Shown here one piece after another: positions 37,768 through 46,167 of a stretch of 64,000 bases of DNA; within the stretch, counting starts at the first letter, position 1, and each line of letters starts with the position of its first letter. The stretch spans positions 248,001 to 312,000 of the IMG/VR virus record IMGVR_UViG_3300042308_001511. The stretch is one strand, 5' to 3'. The position numbers and the translations under genes were made by a program. The notes beneath the pieces are model-generated. The model was not told the origin of the DNA. It did not search any database and saw nothing but the letters and a program-made list of their open reading frames with translations.

Positions 37768-37879
37768 ACTATTGTTATTCTCATAGGAACAAATATAGCG
37801 ATTAAAAAGAAAGGTGCCAAAAAATACGAGTTTTTTGGCAACTCATCATACTGGGTTCCGGTAAATAATATATACCCTT

Positions 37880-38524
37880 ATGAGACTACTGAAGACATTC
37901 GAGGGATTCCACCTGGACGAGACAACACAGTTGATAACACACCTCTGCGAGGAACTGGGAGTTGACATAACATCCAGTGAAGAGATTGAGAGTGCGACAA
38001 TATACACAACCGACTATTCTGAGTTGTCCGAACTAGAGATTGCTACGATACTAGAAGACCACATACCTATGCTGGGTGAGGGTAAAAGGATCGCGATGGC
38101 AATCGACCGGCTTAAGCCGATGAGGATATTCGTCTACGAGGGTAACCTGATTGATGTGATATTCTCCTACCTAGACTCAAGGCTCGGTGACATGGAGGTT
38201 GAGACCAACAAGAACAGGTGGGGTGAAGACACAATCGTGTACACAAAGGGTGGTTCGTGGTACTTCTGGCACTTCAAAGACGACAGTGAGCTGAAGATAT
38301 CCTACCAGAACGAGAACATACTCAACGAGATTGGATTGAAGAGCAAGCTAATAATGCCCAAAGTGGATCTCGAAGGGTTCATCGATTACATATCTGGGAA
38401 CCACTACGAGCGGGGTGAGAAGATTACCGCGAACATATCGGCGGGATCCGTGAAACGTATGAACGTGGTGCATGAGTGGTTCTCCTCCAGGTTCGAGAAG
38501 TTCGACTACGTGGACTTCGTATAA
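37880..38524 (+). CDS. N-tag hypothetical protein
   Basis: MRLLKTFEGF; TAATATATAC at 37866-37875. Confidence 0.65.
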   Translation: MRLLKTFEGFHLDETTQLITHLCEELGVDITSSEEIESATIYTTDYSELSELEIATILEDHIPMLGEGKRIAMAIDRLKPMRIFVYEGNLIDVIFSYLDSRLGDMEVETNKNRWGEDTIVYTKGGSWYFWHFKDDSELKISYQNENILNEIGLKSKLIMPKVDLEGFIDYISGNHYERGEKITANISAGSVKRMNVVHEWFSSRFEKFDYVDFV

Positions 38525-38527
38525 GTT

Positions 38528-38782
38528 TTATAGACCAAGTTCCTTTAGCTTCATCTCGCGCCACTCTTCCTTTGAGACGAATCTCGACCTTAGATACTCG
38601 GTGTTGTGACCGAAGTTGTTGATGATCTCGACGAACTCGTCGAACAGGTTTTCTGCATAGTTTACTACCTCGTACTCCTTTCCGTAGGTCAAGCCCCCAG
38701 GGATATGGCCTCTGGATTTGTATCCTCTTTTTGTTGATTCGTTGTTGTCGTAAGGTTCTATACAGACGATTTTTTCACACAT
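38528..38782 (-). CDS. C-tag SH3-like protein (LTYGKxYEV family)
   Basis: KIVCI..LTYGKEYEV..IINNFG..RF; ends WREMKLKELGL. Confidence 0.7.
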   Translation of the reverse strand: MCEKIVCIEPYDNNESTKRGYKSRGHIPGGLTYGKEYEVVNYAENLFDEFVEIINNFGHNTEYLRSRFVSKEEWREMKLKELGL

Positions 38783-38810
38783 GCCGTAAATATACGATAA
38801 AGTATTAAAG

Positions 38811-38837
38811 AAAAAAGCACCTAAGGTGCCTTTTTTT
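38811..38837. terminator. Intrinsic terminator
   Basis: AAAAAAGCACC-TAA-GGTGCCTTTTTTT. Confidence 0.65.
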
Positions 38838-39378
38838 ATCTCATTGATAGGACGAATACTATGTACTCTAATATCAAATCTTTCCTCCTGTGCTTGTACT
38901 CCCAGACGTCCTCCCCGGACTCTAACTCGTCATCTTCGTTAGTGAACTCGTCGAAGAAGGTGTCCGCGAAGTCCTCCTCCTCTGCGTCAGGATTAGAGGT
39001 GCCAAGTTCGTCTTTCAGAATATCCAAGCAGTCCCATAGTTCATCCTGATCGAGCATCTCGAGAAGTTCATCCTCGTCGTAGAAAATCACATATATCCTG
39101 TCGCTGGTACCGCCACCCTGTCCTACGGCGTAGTTCCAACCCTCGTCTTCGAGCATAGGTTTGAACCTGGTCTTAGTGTCTTTGTCAATGAACGGATTTT
39201 GACCATAAGGACCATAAGATGGTTTGTCTGCGTAGGACCATATACGAAACACGTTGTCTTTGGCGAGATTTATCCTCTCGGCATCTTTGTCTTCCAGCAT
39301 CGCAGTGGCTATCTGGTTGACCTGGTCCATTTTGTTATCCTGTCCGAACTCCTCGAACATCATCAGTCTTCTTCTCAT
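38836..39378 (-). CDS. N-tag acidic protein
   Basis: MRRRLMMFEEF; TAATATATAA at 39382-39391. Confidence 0.65.
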   Translation of the reverse strand: MRRRLMMFEEFGQDNKMDQVNQIATAMLEDKDAERINLAKDNVFRIWSYADKPSYGPYGQNPFIDKDTKTRFKPMLEDEGWNYAVGQGGGTSDRIYVIFYDEDELLEMLDQDELWDCLDILKDELGTSNPDAEEEDFADTFFDEFTNEDDELESGEDVWEYKHRRKDLILEYIVFVLSMR

Positions 39379-39460
39379 GCTTTATATATTAAAAGCATTA
39401 TCCGTTTTCTTATTGTCTGTTGTGCCAGAATCCGGGAATGTTTGCGTTAATATATACTCT

Positions 39461-40255
39461 ATGAAGTACATTAGAACATACGGGATCTTCGAGTCGAAGA
39501 AGAAGGACGTGAAGGATTACATGGGCAAAGACAGGATCATACTGATAGGTCCACCTACGGTCGGAAAGTCGACCATATCCAATGCACTCGCCAAGAGCCT
39601 GGGCCTCGAGGTCGTCTCTCTGGACAGGCTACAGGCTGAGTTCGGGTACGGAGAGGATTCCGAGCGCGAGTGCGTGGCCCACGTCCTGTCGGAGGACTAC
39701 GAGGGCTTCGACAAGCCTTCGATACTCGACTTCGGTGGAGGGCACGTCTACAAGAAGGACGCTCACAAGCTGCTGAAGGGTTACAGGAACATCTTCGTCC
39801 TTGTCCCTTCGGAGGACATTGAGTTCAGCAGGGAACTTCTGGAGAAGGGCCACGAGAGGAGGTTGCAGGTAGGTACTGACCGCGAGCTCAAGAAGGTCAT
39901 GTCCGCCTACGAGAAGGGTTGGAAGGGAATGGACGAGGGCAAGGCCGAGAAGATGATTGAGTTGATAAAGAAGGTGCTGGAAGGCGGCGCTGGTAAGATA
40001 AAGGTCGAGGATCTACCGCCTAACATGAAGTCGGAGTTCACTGGCTCGTCCTTCTACAAGTCGCAGAAGCCAAAGTACTTCTGGGACGTCGAGTCAGGCT
40101 GGAGGAAGTACCAGGACCTTTTCACGAAGAGGCACGACAGGATAAACAGGTCCATAACGGACAACGTGGTTGAGGTCTACACTAAGAAGGGCGTCCGCAG
40201 GTCGAAGTCGGCCATAGTGAAGGAGATACTGGGTGGTCTGGTGAAATTCACTTAA
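39461..40255 (+). CDS. N-tag shikimate-kinase-like P-loop kinase
   Basis: Start reassigned to MKYIRTYGIFES; IILIGPPTVGKSTI, SLD, LDFGGG; TAATATATAC at 39448-39457. Confidence 0.75.
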   Translation: MKYIRTYGIFESKKKDVKDYMGKDRIILIGPPTVGKSTISNALAKSLGLEVVSLDRLQAEFGYGEDSERECVAHVLSEDYEGFDKPSILDFGGGHVYKKDAHKLLKGYRNIFVLVPSEDIEFSRELLEKGHERRLQVGTDRELKKVMSAYEKGWKGMDEGKAEKMIELIKKVLEGGAGKIKVEDLPPNMKSEFTGSSFYKSQKPKYFWDVESGWRKYQDLFTKRHDRINRSITDNVVEVYTKKGVRRSKSAIVKEILGGLVKFT

Positions 40256-40298
40256 TAAGGGTGAAATTCACTTAAAATAAAATTTGAGTGAAAAACAC

Positions 40299-40519
40299 TT
40301 AATATTTTAGAACCATATGAGGTTGTATGAATGGTGATTCTTCTTTGCAATTGAATTCGAATTCTACGTTGATTTCCGGTATTACGCCTTTCACGATACC
40401 CTCAACGCCAATGAACTTCTCCATTTGAGAGTTCCAGTGTACGCCAAAATACCGGGAGAAGGTGGTACTTGATGAGGTCTCAAACCTGAAACCCTTCGCC
40501 TGTCTCCTACTTTTATCAT
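40299..40519 (-). pseudogene. Frameshifted, tag-less member of the KGFxF family
   Basis: Coupled ATG gives MIKVGD; -1 frame continues AKGFRFE..GVEGIV. Confidence 0.55.
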
Positions 40520-40725
40520 CTATGAAGTGATTCAACCGTTATACTTCCATCTTCATGCTTGGTGAACTTATCTCCTTTCGACGGTAGGTGCATTTTACCG
40601 TTGGCTAATCGTATGAATGATCCTACGGTATCACAACCATCTCTTTCTTCTCTTATGCAGTTCCCTTCGAAGAACTTCTGAGCTTCTCGCCCCATCCATC
40701 CTTCATATACTAATTCTTCTTTCAT
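40516..40725 (-). CDS. Hypothetical protein
   Basis: Start at coupled ATG (MKEELVYEG). Confidence 0.55.
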   Translation of the reverse strand: MKEELVYEGWMGREAQKFFEGNCIREERDGCDTVGSFIRLANGKMHLPSKGDKFTKHEDGSITVESLHR

Positions 40726-40979
40726 CTTATTCCCAGTTCTTTTAGTTTGTCTTCTCTTAGTATTACAAGGTACTCGTCGATTGGGTACCACCAAGCAGAA
40801 GTGCCATTGTCTACGTTTTTATTTCCGAATTCTATTTTGAAGGTGCCATTATCGTGGTCTATTTCTACAATGGTTCCATCGACGCCTATGAGGTTGTACA
40901 TAGGTGTTGTCATCGCAACAAATAAGGCTCGCCTCTGTTCTGCGAATTCGAACCCTTTCACTCTGTCTCCTATCTTCAT
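40722..40979 (-). CDS. C-tag KGFxF-family small beta-barrel protein
   Basis: KIGDRVKGFEF..GVDG..WYP; ends LREDKLKELGIR. Confidence 0.7.
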   Translation of the reverse strand: MKIGDRVKGFEFAEQRRALFVAMTTPMYNLIGVDGTIVEIDHDNGTFKIEFGNKNVDNGTSAWWYPIDEYLVILREDKLKELGIR

Positions 40980-41203
40980 ATTCCAAGTTGTTTCAGTTTC
41001 TCTTCTCTGTACTCGTCGGGCTCCAGGAATTGTAGGTGTCTGTTGTGAACGACCAGCTCGTACTCGGTCCCGTCGACGGTGAAGAAGACTAAGGTATAGT
41101 ATTTGTTCGAGAATTCCGACTTGTAGAGACCACCACAGATGAGCGGCTCGTAACTGTAGTCCTTCAGCGTCGCGTCGTCCGATATGACCTTTACGTATTT
41201 CAT
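40976..41203 (-). CDS. C-tag hypothetical protein
   Basis: ends YREEKLKQLGI. Confidence 0.65.
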   Translation of the reverse strand: MKYVKVISDDATLKDYSYEPLICGGLYKSEFSNKYYTLVFFTVDGTEYELVVHNRHLQFLEPDEYREEKLKQLGI

Positions 41204-41430
41204 ATCCCTAGTTCTTTTAGTCTCCGTTCCCTTTGTATCGCCAGGTACTCCTTGATTGGGTAGGACCAGTAGCCGACTCCGTCGTAGAATATGCTGAATG
41301 TGTCGGTCCCCACGTCGCTTACGACGCCTTCTACACCCACGAAACGGTTCATACCTCTATTGTAGTTAAGGATTGCCGAGTTATTGAATGCGGGGAATTT
41401 GAATCCTTTCGCTATGTCTCCTATCTTCAT
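41200..41430 (-). CDS. C-tag KGFxF-family protein
   Basis: KIGDIAKGFKF..GVEG..WSYP; ends QRERRLKELGI. Confidence 0.7.
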   Translation of the reverse strand: MKIGDIAKGFKFPAFNNSAILNYNRGMNRFVGVEGVVSDVGTDTFSIFYDGVGYWSYPIKEYLAIQRERRLKELGI

Positions 41431-41705
41431 ATCCCAAGTTCTTTAAGTTTTTCTTCTCTCTGCAATACCAGGTATTCGTCCAGAGGATAGATCCAGTGCT
41501 GCATGTTTGGTTCTGCTGGCATTACGCGAAATGTATCTACGTGTATGGGTGTACCGATAAAGCCTATGACCAGCTCGTTCATTTTCGGCCTGACCTGCCT
41601 CGCGATACCTTCCACGCCCACGAACTGTTCCATTAGGTCGTTCCAGTGAACCCCACTCGAGTTTTCGAACCGGAATCCTTTTGCCTTGTCTCCACGCTTA
41701 ATCAT
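41427..41705 (-). CDS. C-tag KGFxF-family protein
   Basis: MIKRGDKAKGFRF..GVEG..WIYP; ends QREEKLKELGI. Confidence 0.7.
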   Translation of the reverse strand: MIKRGDKAKGFRFENSSGVHWNDLMEQFVGVEGIARQVRPKMNELVIGFIGTPIHVDTFRVMPAEPNMQHWIYPLDEYLVLQREEKLKELGI

Positions 41706-41712
41706 CTTTCTA

Positions 41713-41958
41713 TCAAAAATGGTCTGGATCATAAAAGTCTCTATCTATGAATATAAGATCAGAGACCGGTATTGTTTTATAACCATCATCGAATGTTTTA
41801 TTGTTTAGAATAAATGCTGTGCCGAAGTCAAACGAATAATCTGAATTTTGAACGCAGCATATCTTATAGGTATTATCATTGTAATTGTATGATACTTTGA
41901 CAATATCACCTTCTAATACTTCTATGGCAGTGTCTTTGTATTTGAGCTTTATTTTCAT
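41713..41958 (-). CDS. Hypothetical protein
   Basis: 81-aa ORF. Confidence 0.5.
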   Translation of the reverse strand: MKIKLKYKDTAIEVLEGDIVKVSYNYNDNTYKICCVQNSDYSFDFGTAFILNNKTFDDGYKTIPVSDLIFIDRDFYDPDHF

Positions 41959-42020
41959 GGCAGTTTATGTATTAAAATTTTATTTGATCTCGACTTATCT
42001 CGCTCAGAGCAATGCCACAA

Positions 42021-42362
42021 TCATATTCCTATTTCTTTTAGTTTTTCTTCTCTATCTCTTCTTAATATCTCATTATCAAAAGGTATCCAATTTTCATCAA
42101 AGCTATACTTATAGATTTTCTTATTATCTTGCCAAATAAGATAAGAAGAAAACTTAACTACATTACCAAGATAGTCTACTCCTGTAAAAGCTTCTTTGTG
42201 TATGCTTTTTCCAAAACCCACTTTTTGAGTTTCTATATCCCTGATTATTTTTAATAAATCTTCAAAATCAATATCTCGCTCTATAATTTCTTCGCCAGTA
42301 GTTGATATATACTCACCGGGCTTTAAAAACTTTATTTTAAGTATTTTCTCTATTTCCATCAT
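42021..42362 (-). CDS. C-tag hypothetical protein
   Basis: ends DREEKLKEIGI. Confidence 0.65.
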   Translation of the reverse strand: MMEIEKILKIKFLKPGEYISTTGEEIIERDIDFEDLLKIIRDIETQKVGFGKSIHKEAFTGVDYLGNVVKFSSYLIWQDNKKIYKYSFDENWIPFDNEILRRDREEKLKEIGI

Positions 42363-42637
42363 ATCCCTAATTCTTTTATTCTTTCTTCTCTATACCATGA
42401 CACCGGCATGAAGTAGGGATCGAACCAGGGTTCGATCCCAGGCGTGACCACAAGGTTCTCGTCGACCCACTGCTCTATCCAGTTACAGGTTAGACCATCG
42501 TCGGATTTGAGCTTGTAGATCCATTGTCCAAATGAGTCGAGCGCTCGGTCAGTTATCTCGTATGTCTTTCCCAGGACGAGGGTGTTATAGTTTTCCTCAC
42601 CTTTCGTGCATATTACTCGTTCTCCTATTTCTAACAT
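42359..42637 (-). CDS. C-tag SH3-like protein (LxxGKxYE family)
   Basis: VICT..LVLGKTYEI; ends YREERIKELGI. Confidence 0.7.
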   Translation of the reverse strand: MLEIGERVICTKGEENYNTLVLGKTYEITDRALDSFGQWIYKLKSDDGLTCNWIEQWVDENLVVTPGIEPWFDPYFMPVSWYREERIKELGI

Positions 42638-42638
42638 A

Positions 42639-42932
42639 TTACCATTTCTTTCTAAGACCTTCTTTTATCTCTGGATGGTATTTGTCCACTAGGCGTTCGA
42701 ACTGACCGTGGTGAAGCCCGTAGATAGGTATTCCACCCTCTCCGCAATAGATTTTTATTACGTGCCCGAACGCTATTACTAACTTCGCATGCCTTACGAT
42801 GTCTTCTGGGTCCGGTAGGCGAGCTCCTATGAAGAACCCGTCGTGGTCGTCTATCTGATCAGCAAGGTCTTTGGCCATAATTTCCAAAGTACCATACTTT
42901 ACTTGTTTGAGTATGTCTGTTACTTCCATCAT
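42639..42932 (-). CDS. Hypothetical protein
   Basis: 97-aa ORF. Confidence 0.55.
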   Translation of the reverse strand: MMEVTDILKQVKYGTLEIMAKDLADQIDDHDGFFIGARLPDPEDIVRHAKLVIAFGHVIKIYCGEGGIPIYGLHHGQFERLVDKYHPEIKEGLRKKW

Positions 42933-42933
42933 C

Positions 42934-43260
42934 CTATAAGTGTTTCTGTGTATATGGAATAATTTCTATTCCTATTGTAACTAAGGCAAACTGAATCATC
43001 TCGTCATCCATATTTAGTTCTCGTATATGATCCGGGTTTCTGACTACACGGTTGGCAGTCTGCAGAGCAGTAAGTTCAGGTGTGAATTTTTTTAGATCCG
43101 TTTTTATAGCGTTTATCTGATCGTTATTTAGTACCTGGACTATTTTGTATAGTTCGATAATACGCTCTCTGGTCGATTTTTCTTTGATGAGGTCTAATTT
43201 CCTTTTCAGGTTCTTGGTAGCCAGTCGTGTTATAAAGTCTTTTTTTCTCGTATCCGTCAT
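42934..43260 (-). CDS. Hypothetical protein
   Basis: TATATTTG at 43306-43313. Confidence 0.55.
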   Translation of the reverse strand: MTDTRKKDFITRLATKNLKRKLDLIKEKSTRERIIELYKIVQVLNNDQINAIKTDLKKFTPELTALQTANRVVRNPDHIRELNMDDEMIQFALVTIGIEIIPYTQKHL

Positions 43261-43331
43261 CGTCGTTCGTTTCTAGCATCGCGTGATACGCTCTGCGTTA
43301 TACTACAAATATAGTAAAAACTTACGGGAAT

Positions 43332-43634
43332 TTATATGCCGAGTTCGTTTATTCTTTCATGTCTTGTAATCTCTATGTAGTCAGCGATTGGGTAGGTCCA
43401 ATAATCATAATTTTGAAAATGAAGCAGATCAGACAAATTCCTGAGGTTCATGAACTTTACTACAAATGTCTCCTCCTTTACCTCAGCAACTTCACCCTCT
43501 TCACCAACGTAGAGATCCATGCTGGGGTGGTAGTTCAGCCCGGTCGTTTTGTCTATTGAAAAGGTGGTCTCAGATCCGTCACCTATTTTCTCTCCGAACT
43601 TGAACCCCTTTACTTTGTCTCCTACTTTTATCAT
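43332..43634 (-). CDS. C-tag KGFxF-family protein
   Basis: MIKVGDKVKGFKF..GEEG..WTYP; ends RHERINELGI. Confidence 0.7.
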   Translation of the reverse strand: MIKVGDKVKGFKFGEKIGDGSETTFSIDKTTGLNYHPSMDLYVGEEGEVAEVKEETFVVKFMNLRNLSDLLHFQNYDYWTYPIADYIEITRHERINELGI

Positions 43635-43635
43635 A

Positions 43636-44397
43636 TCAATGTGGTACAATGATTGTCTTGCCCTCACCCTTCTTTACATGTTCTCTCTCGTTCAGTATCC
43701 TCTTTATAGCAGCGTTCCCAATACCTCTGTTCCTTTTCATTCCTGCCTTATACATCTTCAATAACCTCTCAGTCGATAACTTCTCTAGTCTTTTGTCCTC
43801 GGGTCTCTTATCCTTCTGTGCCAATGGCTTGGCTTTCTCTACCTTTCTTTTGGAGAGCTTGGTCCCGCAAACGTATCTGTGCTCGTCGTCGCCTACCCTG
43901 ACCGACCATAGCTGGTAGCCTTTATCCTCGTTTTGGTGCTTGAAGGTGATTGTGGCGTGGTGTCCATTATAGTAGACTGGCTCACCTACGGTGAATGAGT
44001 TGGCCCACTCCATTTTTACCTGACGGATCTCTTCTTTGAAGTTAATCCCAGGTGGAACCATAATGTTTCGCCAGGTCGTTGTCTTACCTGAACGTAGCTC
44101 TTCCAGGCGTTTTTGCTGCTCGTCCGAGTATATGATACTCTCGATGTCGAAGGTCTCTTCCAGGTCTTCCCCTTTGTTGTCCAGCAGGTCTTCTATGAGT
44201 GAGTTCCTAATCTCGGCTTTGATGTCGAGGTGGTCGATGTGTATGTAGTCAACCAGGAATGAAGGTTCGTGGTTATACATTGATATCTTTATGTAGTGTG
44301 CGATGTGTGTGCCCTCGTGCCTCTCTAAACTGAGAAGCTTGTGGAATCCGGATACCCTGCTTCGGACTAAGTCCTCTATTCTCTTACTGTGTTCCAT
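43636..44397 (-). CDS. Multi-module hypothetical protein with internal C-tag-like helix
   Basis: IRNSLIEDLL at about aa 62-71; SH3-like VGEPVYY module. Confidence 0.6.
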   Translation of the reverse strand: MEHSKRIEDLVRSRVSGFHKLLSLERHEGTHIAHYIKISMYNHEPSFLVDYIHIDHLDIKAEIRNSLIEDLLDNKGEDLEETFDIESIIYSDEQQKRLEELRSGKTTTWRNIMVPPGINFKEEIRQVKMEWANSFTVGEPVYYNGHHATITFKHQNEDKGYQLWSVRVGDDEHRYVCGTKLSKRKVEKAKPLAQKDKRPEDKRLEKLSTERLLKMYKAGMKRNRGIGNAAIKRILNEREHVKKGEGKTIIVPH

Positions 44398-44418
44398 TTA
44401 TTCTAGTATTTCGTCAGT

Positions 44419-44679
44419 TTATGTGTTTAGAATTTTTTCAAGGACCTTACCATCTTCGTAATAGAAGTGTGATAAAGTCCAGCCTTTTTCTATACAGATT
44501 TTATCGATGTATTCATCTAATATAGATTCTCTTTGACCACAAAGTAAAGAATCATAATCTTTTACCTCATCCTTTATCAATCGTTTGGCCTCTCTTACGA
44601 TGTTCTTACGATGTTTCAATGTCATTGGTCCTTTCATATCAGATGTGTTTAGAAAATAAAGATAAGAATTATATTCCAA
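44419..44679 (-). CDS. Hypothetical protein
   Basis: 86-aa ORF. Confidence 0.55.
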   Translation of the reverse strand: MEYNSYLYFLNTSDMKGPMTLKHRKNIVREAKRLIKDEVKDYDSLLCGQRESILDEYIDKICIEKGWTLSHFYYEDGKVLEKILNT

Positions 44680-44703
44680 TTTTTGATTAATATATATAAA
44701 CGT

Positions 44704-45138
44704 ATGAGATACATAAAGCTTTACGAGGATTTCTCCGCATCGGATTTGGACCAGGTGATGATGTCCATCTGCGACGACATGTCGTTTAGTCTCTACTACG
44801 AGGGTAATCTGTCCAGGGTCTACACGGTCGATGGGCGGGTTGACGACACCGACCTGTCCAGGTGGAAGGACTACCTCGGTAGCGAGTGGACCATACTTGT
44901 GAACACACTTGTCAATAATAGCTGCGTGACGTTTGTTAGGGGAGACGAGGGTGTTTTCCCTGCGGTAAAAGAGATGTTGATGAAGTTATGGCCAACGAAG
45001 AGGTCGATAGATTACAATGGATTTGGTGGTGTTGATACGAACTGGTTCAGGATCAGGAGAGATCTGATATGGTACTTCGATCTCAGCTCGTCACAGGCAA
45101 GAACTTTGTTGAAGGATCACTACGAAGAGGCAGAGTGA
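44704..45138 (+). CDS. N-tag protein, paralog of 51307..51939
   Basis: MRYIKLYEDFS..DQVMMSICDDMSF; TAATATATA at 44688-44696. Confidence 0.7.
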   Translation: MRYIKLYEDFSASDLDQVMMSICDDMSFSLYYEGNLSRVYTVDGRVDDTDLSRWKDYLGSEWTILVNTLVNNSCVTFVRGDEGVFPAVKEMLMKLWPTKRSIDYNGFGGVDTNWFRIRRDLIWYFDLSSSQARTLLKDHYEEAE

Positions 45139-45453
45139 TCAAATCCCAATCTCCGATAGTCTACAATCTCTTAGAAGCTCTTTGAATACCAATATATCGA
45201 CTTCCAATGTATTGTCAAAGCAAATATCATCGGGCATGCTTTGGAGCTTATTGTCTTTATATACGAAATAGCATTTGTTAGGATCTAAAAGAATCGATTC
45301 TGTAATCTCTCTTATGGCTCTTTCTTCAGATACTCGCCATTTATTGAATGATCCTTTTTCATAGTCCCACTGATAGTCGACCCAGCGAATGAATCTTTTT
45401 CCAAGGCGTTCTCTCTTTTCGCTTTTGATGGCGTTTAAAAGGCTCTCACTCAT
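45139..45453 (-). CDS. C-tag hypothetical protein
   Basis: ends LRDCRLSEIGI. Confidence 0.65.
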   Translation of the reverse strand: MSESLLNAIKSEKRERLGKRFIRWVDYQWDYEKGSFNKWRVSEERAIREITESILLDPNKCYFVYKDNKLQSMPDDICFDNTLEVDILVFKELLRDCRLSEIGI

Positions 45454-46004
45454 ATCCCAAGACTTGATATTTTATCGTCTCTCTTTCCCTCTACGTCCAG
45501 GTACCCTTCTTTTTTCATTAGCCTTTCTACGAATTCTCGTTTTCTCTTACGTTCTTCTTTTTCTGCTATCTCGTCTTTGTATCTGGTATCAAGGTATTTC
45601 TTTATGGTCTCCATTAAGCTGTATTTGTCTAGGTCGAATTTGCCTATTTCTTTACAGGAGAAGATACCTTGTTTCACCAATAGTCCTTCTAACTCGTCTT
45701 CGTCGATGATTAGTTCAAACTCTCCCATAGTAGAGTGGTACAGTCTCTTTCTCTTTTGAAATGAAATCATAAAGAAAGCGGTGAAGATTATTCTTCCACT
45801 ATCCTCAAAGAGTTTGTTTGTGACTCCACCTAAAAAGAGCATCATAACGGTTATTAGGATTCCTATAATAGACATTCCTATAACTGCACCAATAGTGACT
45901 TCGAATTTGGTTTCTTGTGCCATAGCGTATATAAGGCCTATGGCAGGAGCTGTTACGAATGCTATTCCAATTAGTGTGAATATTAATCTTTTTAAGTGTC
46001 TCAT
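45450..46004 (-). CDS. C-tag membrane protein
   Basis: 2-3 TM segments; ends KRDDKISSLGI. Confidence 0.65.
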   Translation of the reverse strand: MRHLKRLIFTLIGIAFVTAPAIGLIYAMAQETKFEVTIGAVIGMSIIGILITVMMLFLGGVTNKLFEDSGRIIFTAFFMISFQKRKRLYHSTMGEFELIIDEDELEGLLVKQGIFSCKEIGKFDLDKYSLMETIKKYLDTRYKDEIAEKEERKRKREFVERLMKKEGYLDVEGKRDDKISSLGI

Positions 46005-46031
46005 TCTGTCTTATAATTAAAAAATAACAAA

Positions 46032-46119
46032 AATACATATGGATAAAGTTCCTGATCCATGTACCACTGAGGGAACTTTTAGTTTGTTCGGTTTCATTTC
46101 ATGGTCATCCATATGTATT
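46032..46119 (-). ncRNA. Candidate structured RNA / 5' leader
   Basis: Perfect 13-bp outer stem AATACATATGGAT/ATCCATATGTATT with inner 8-bp stem AAAGTTCC/GGAACTTT; promoter at 46147-46154. Confidence 0.45.
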
Positions 46120-46167
46120 GTGTATTCAGTACAATGTTTTACAATACAAATATAGTGTTTTTATTTA

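Larger units (their letters stand above)
26419..37841. repeat. Dispersed 28-bp palindrome family RCYAAAAA-(n)ACGT(n)-TTTTTRGY, 13 copies
   Basis: Copies start at 26419, 26642, 26684, 27027, 27068, 27778, 28493, 28533, 29043, 29220, 30013, 33462, 37808. Confidence 0.9.

Noticed and set aside
26419-37841. 28-bp palindromes as a CRISPR array
   Set aside because: Spacing is irregular (tens to thousands of bp) with whole genes between copies; no cas genes in the window.
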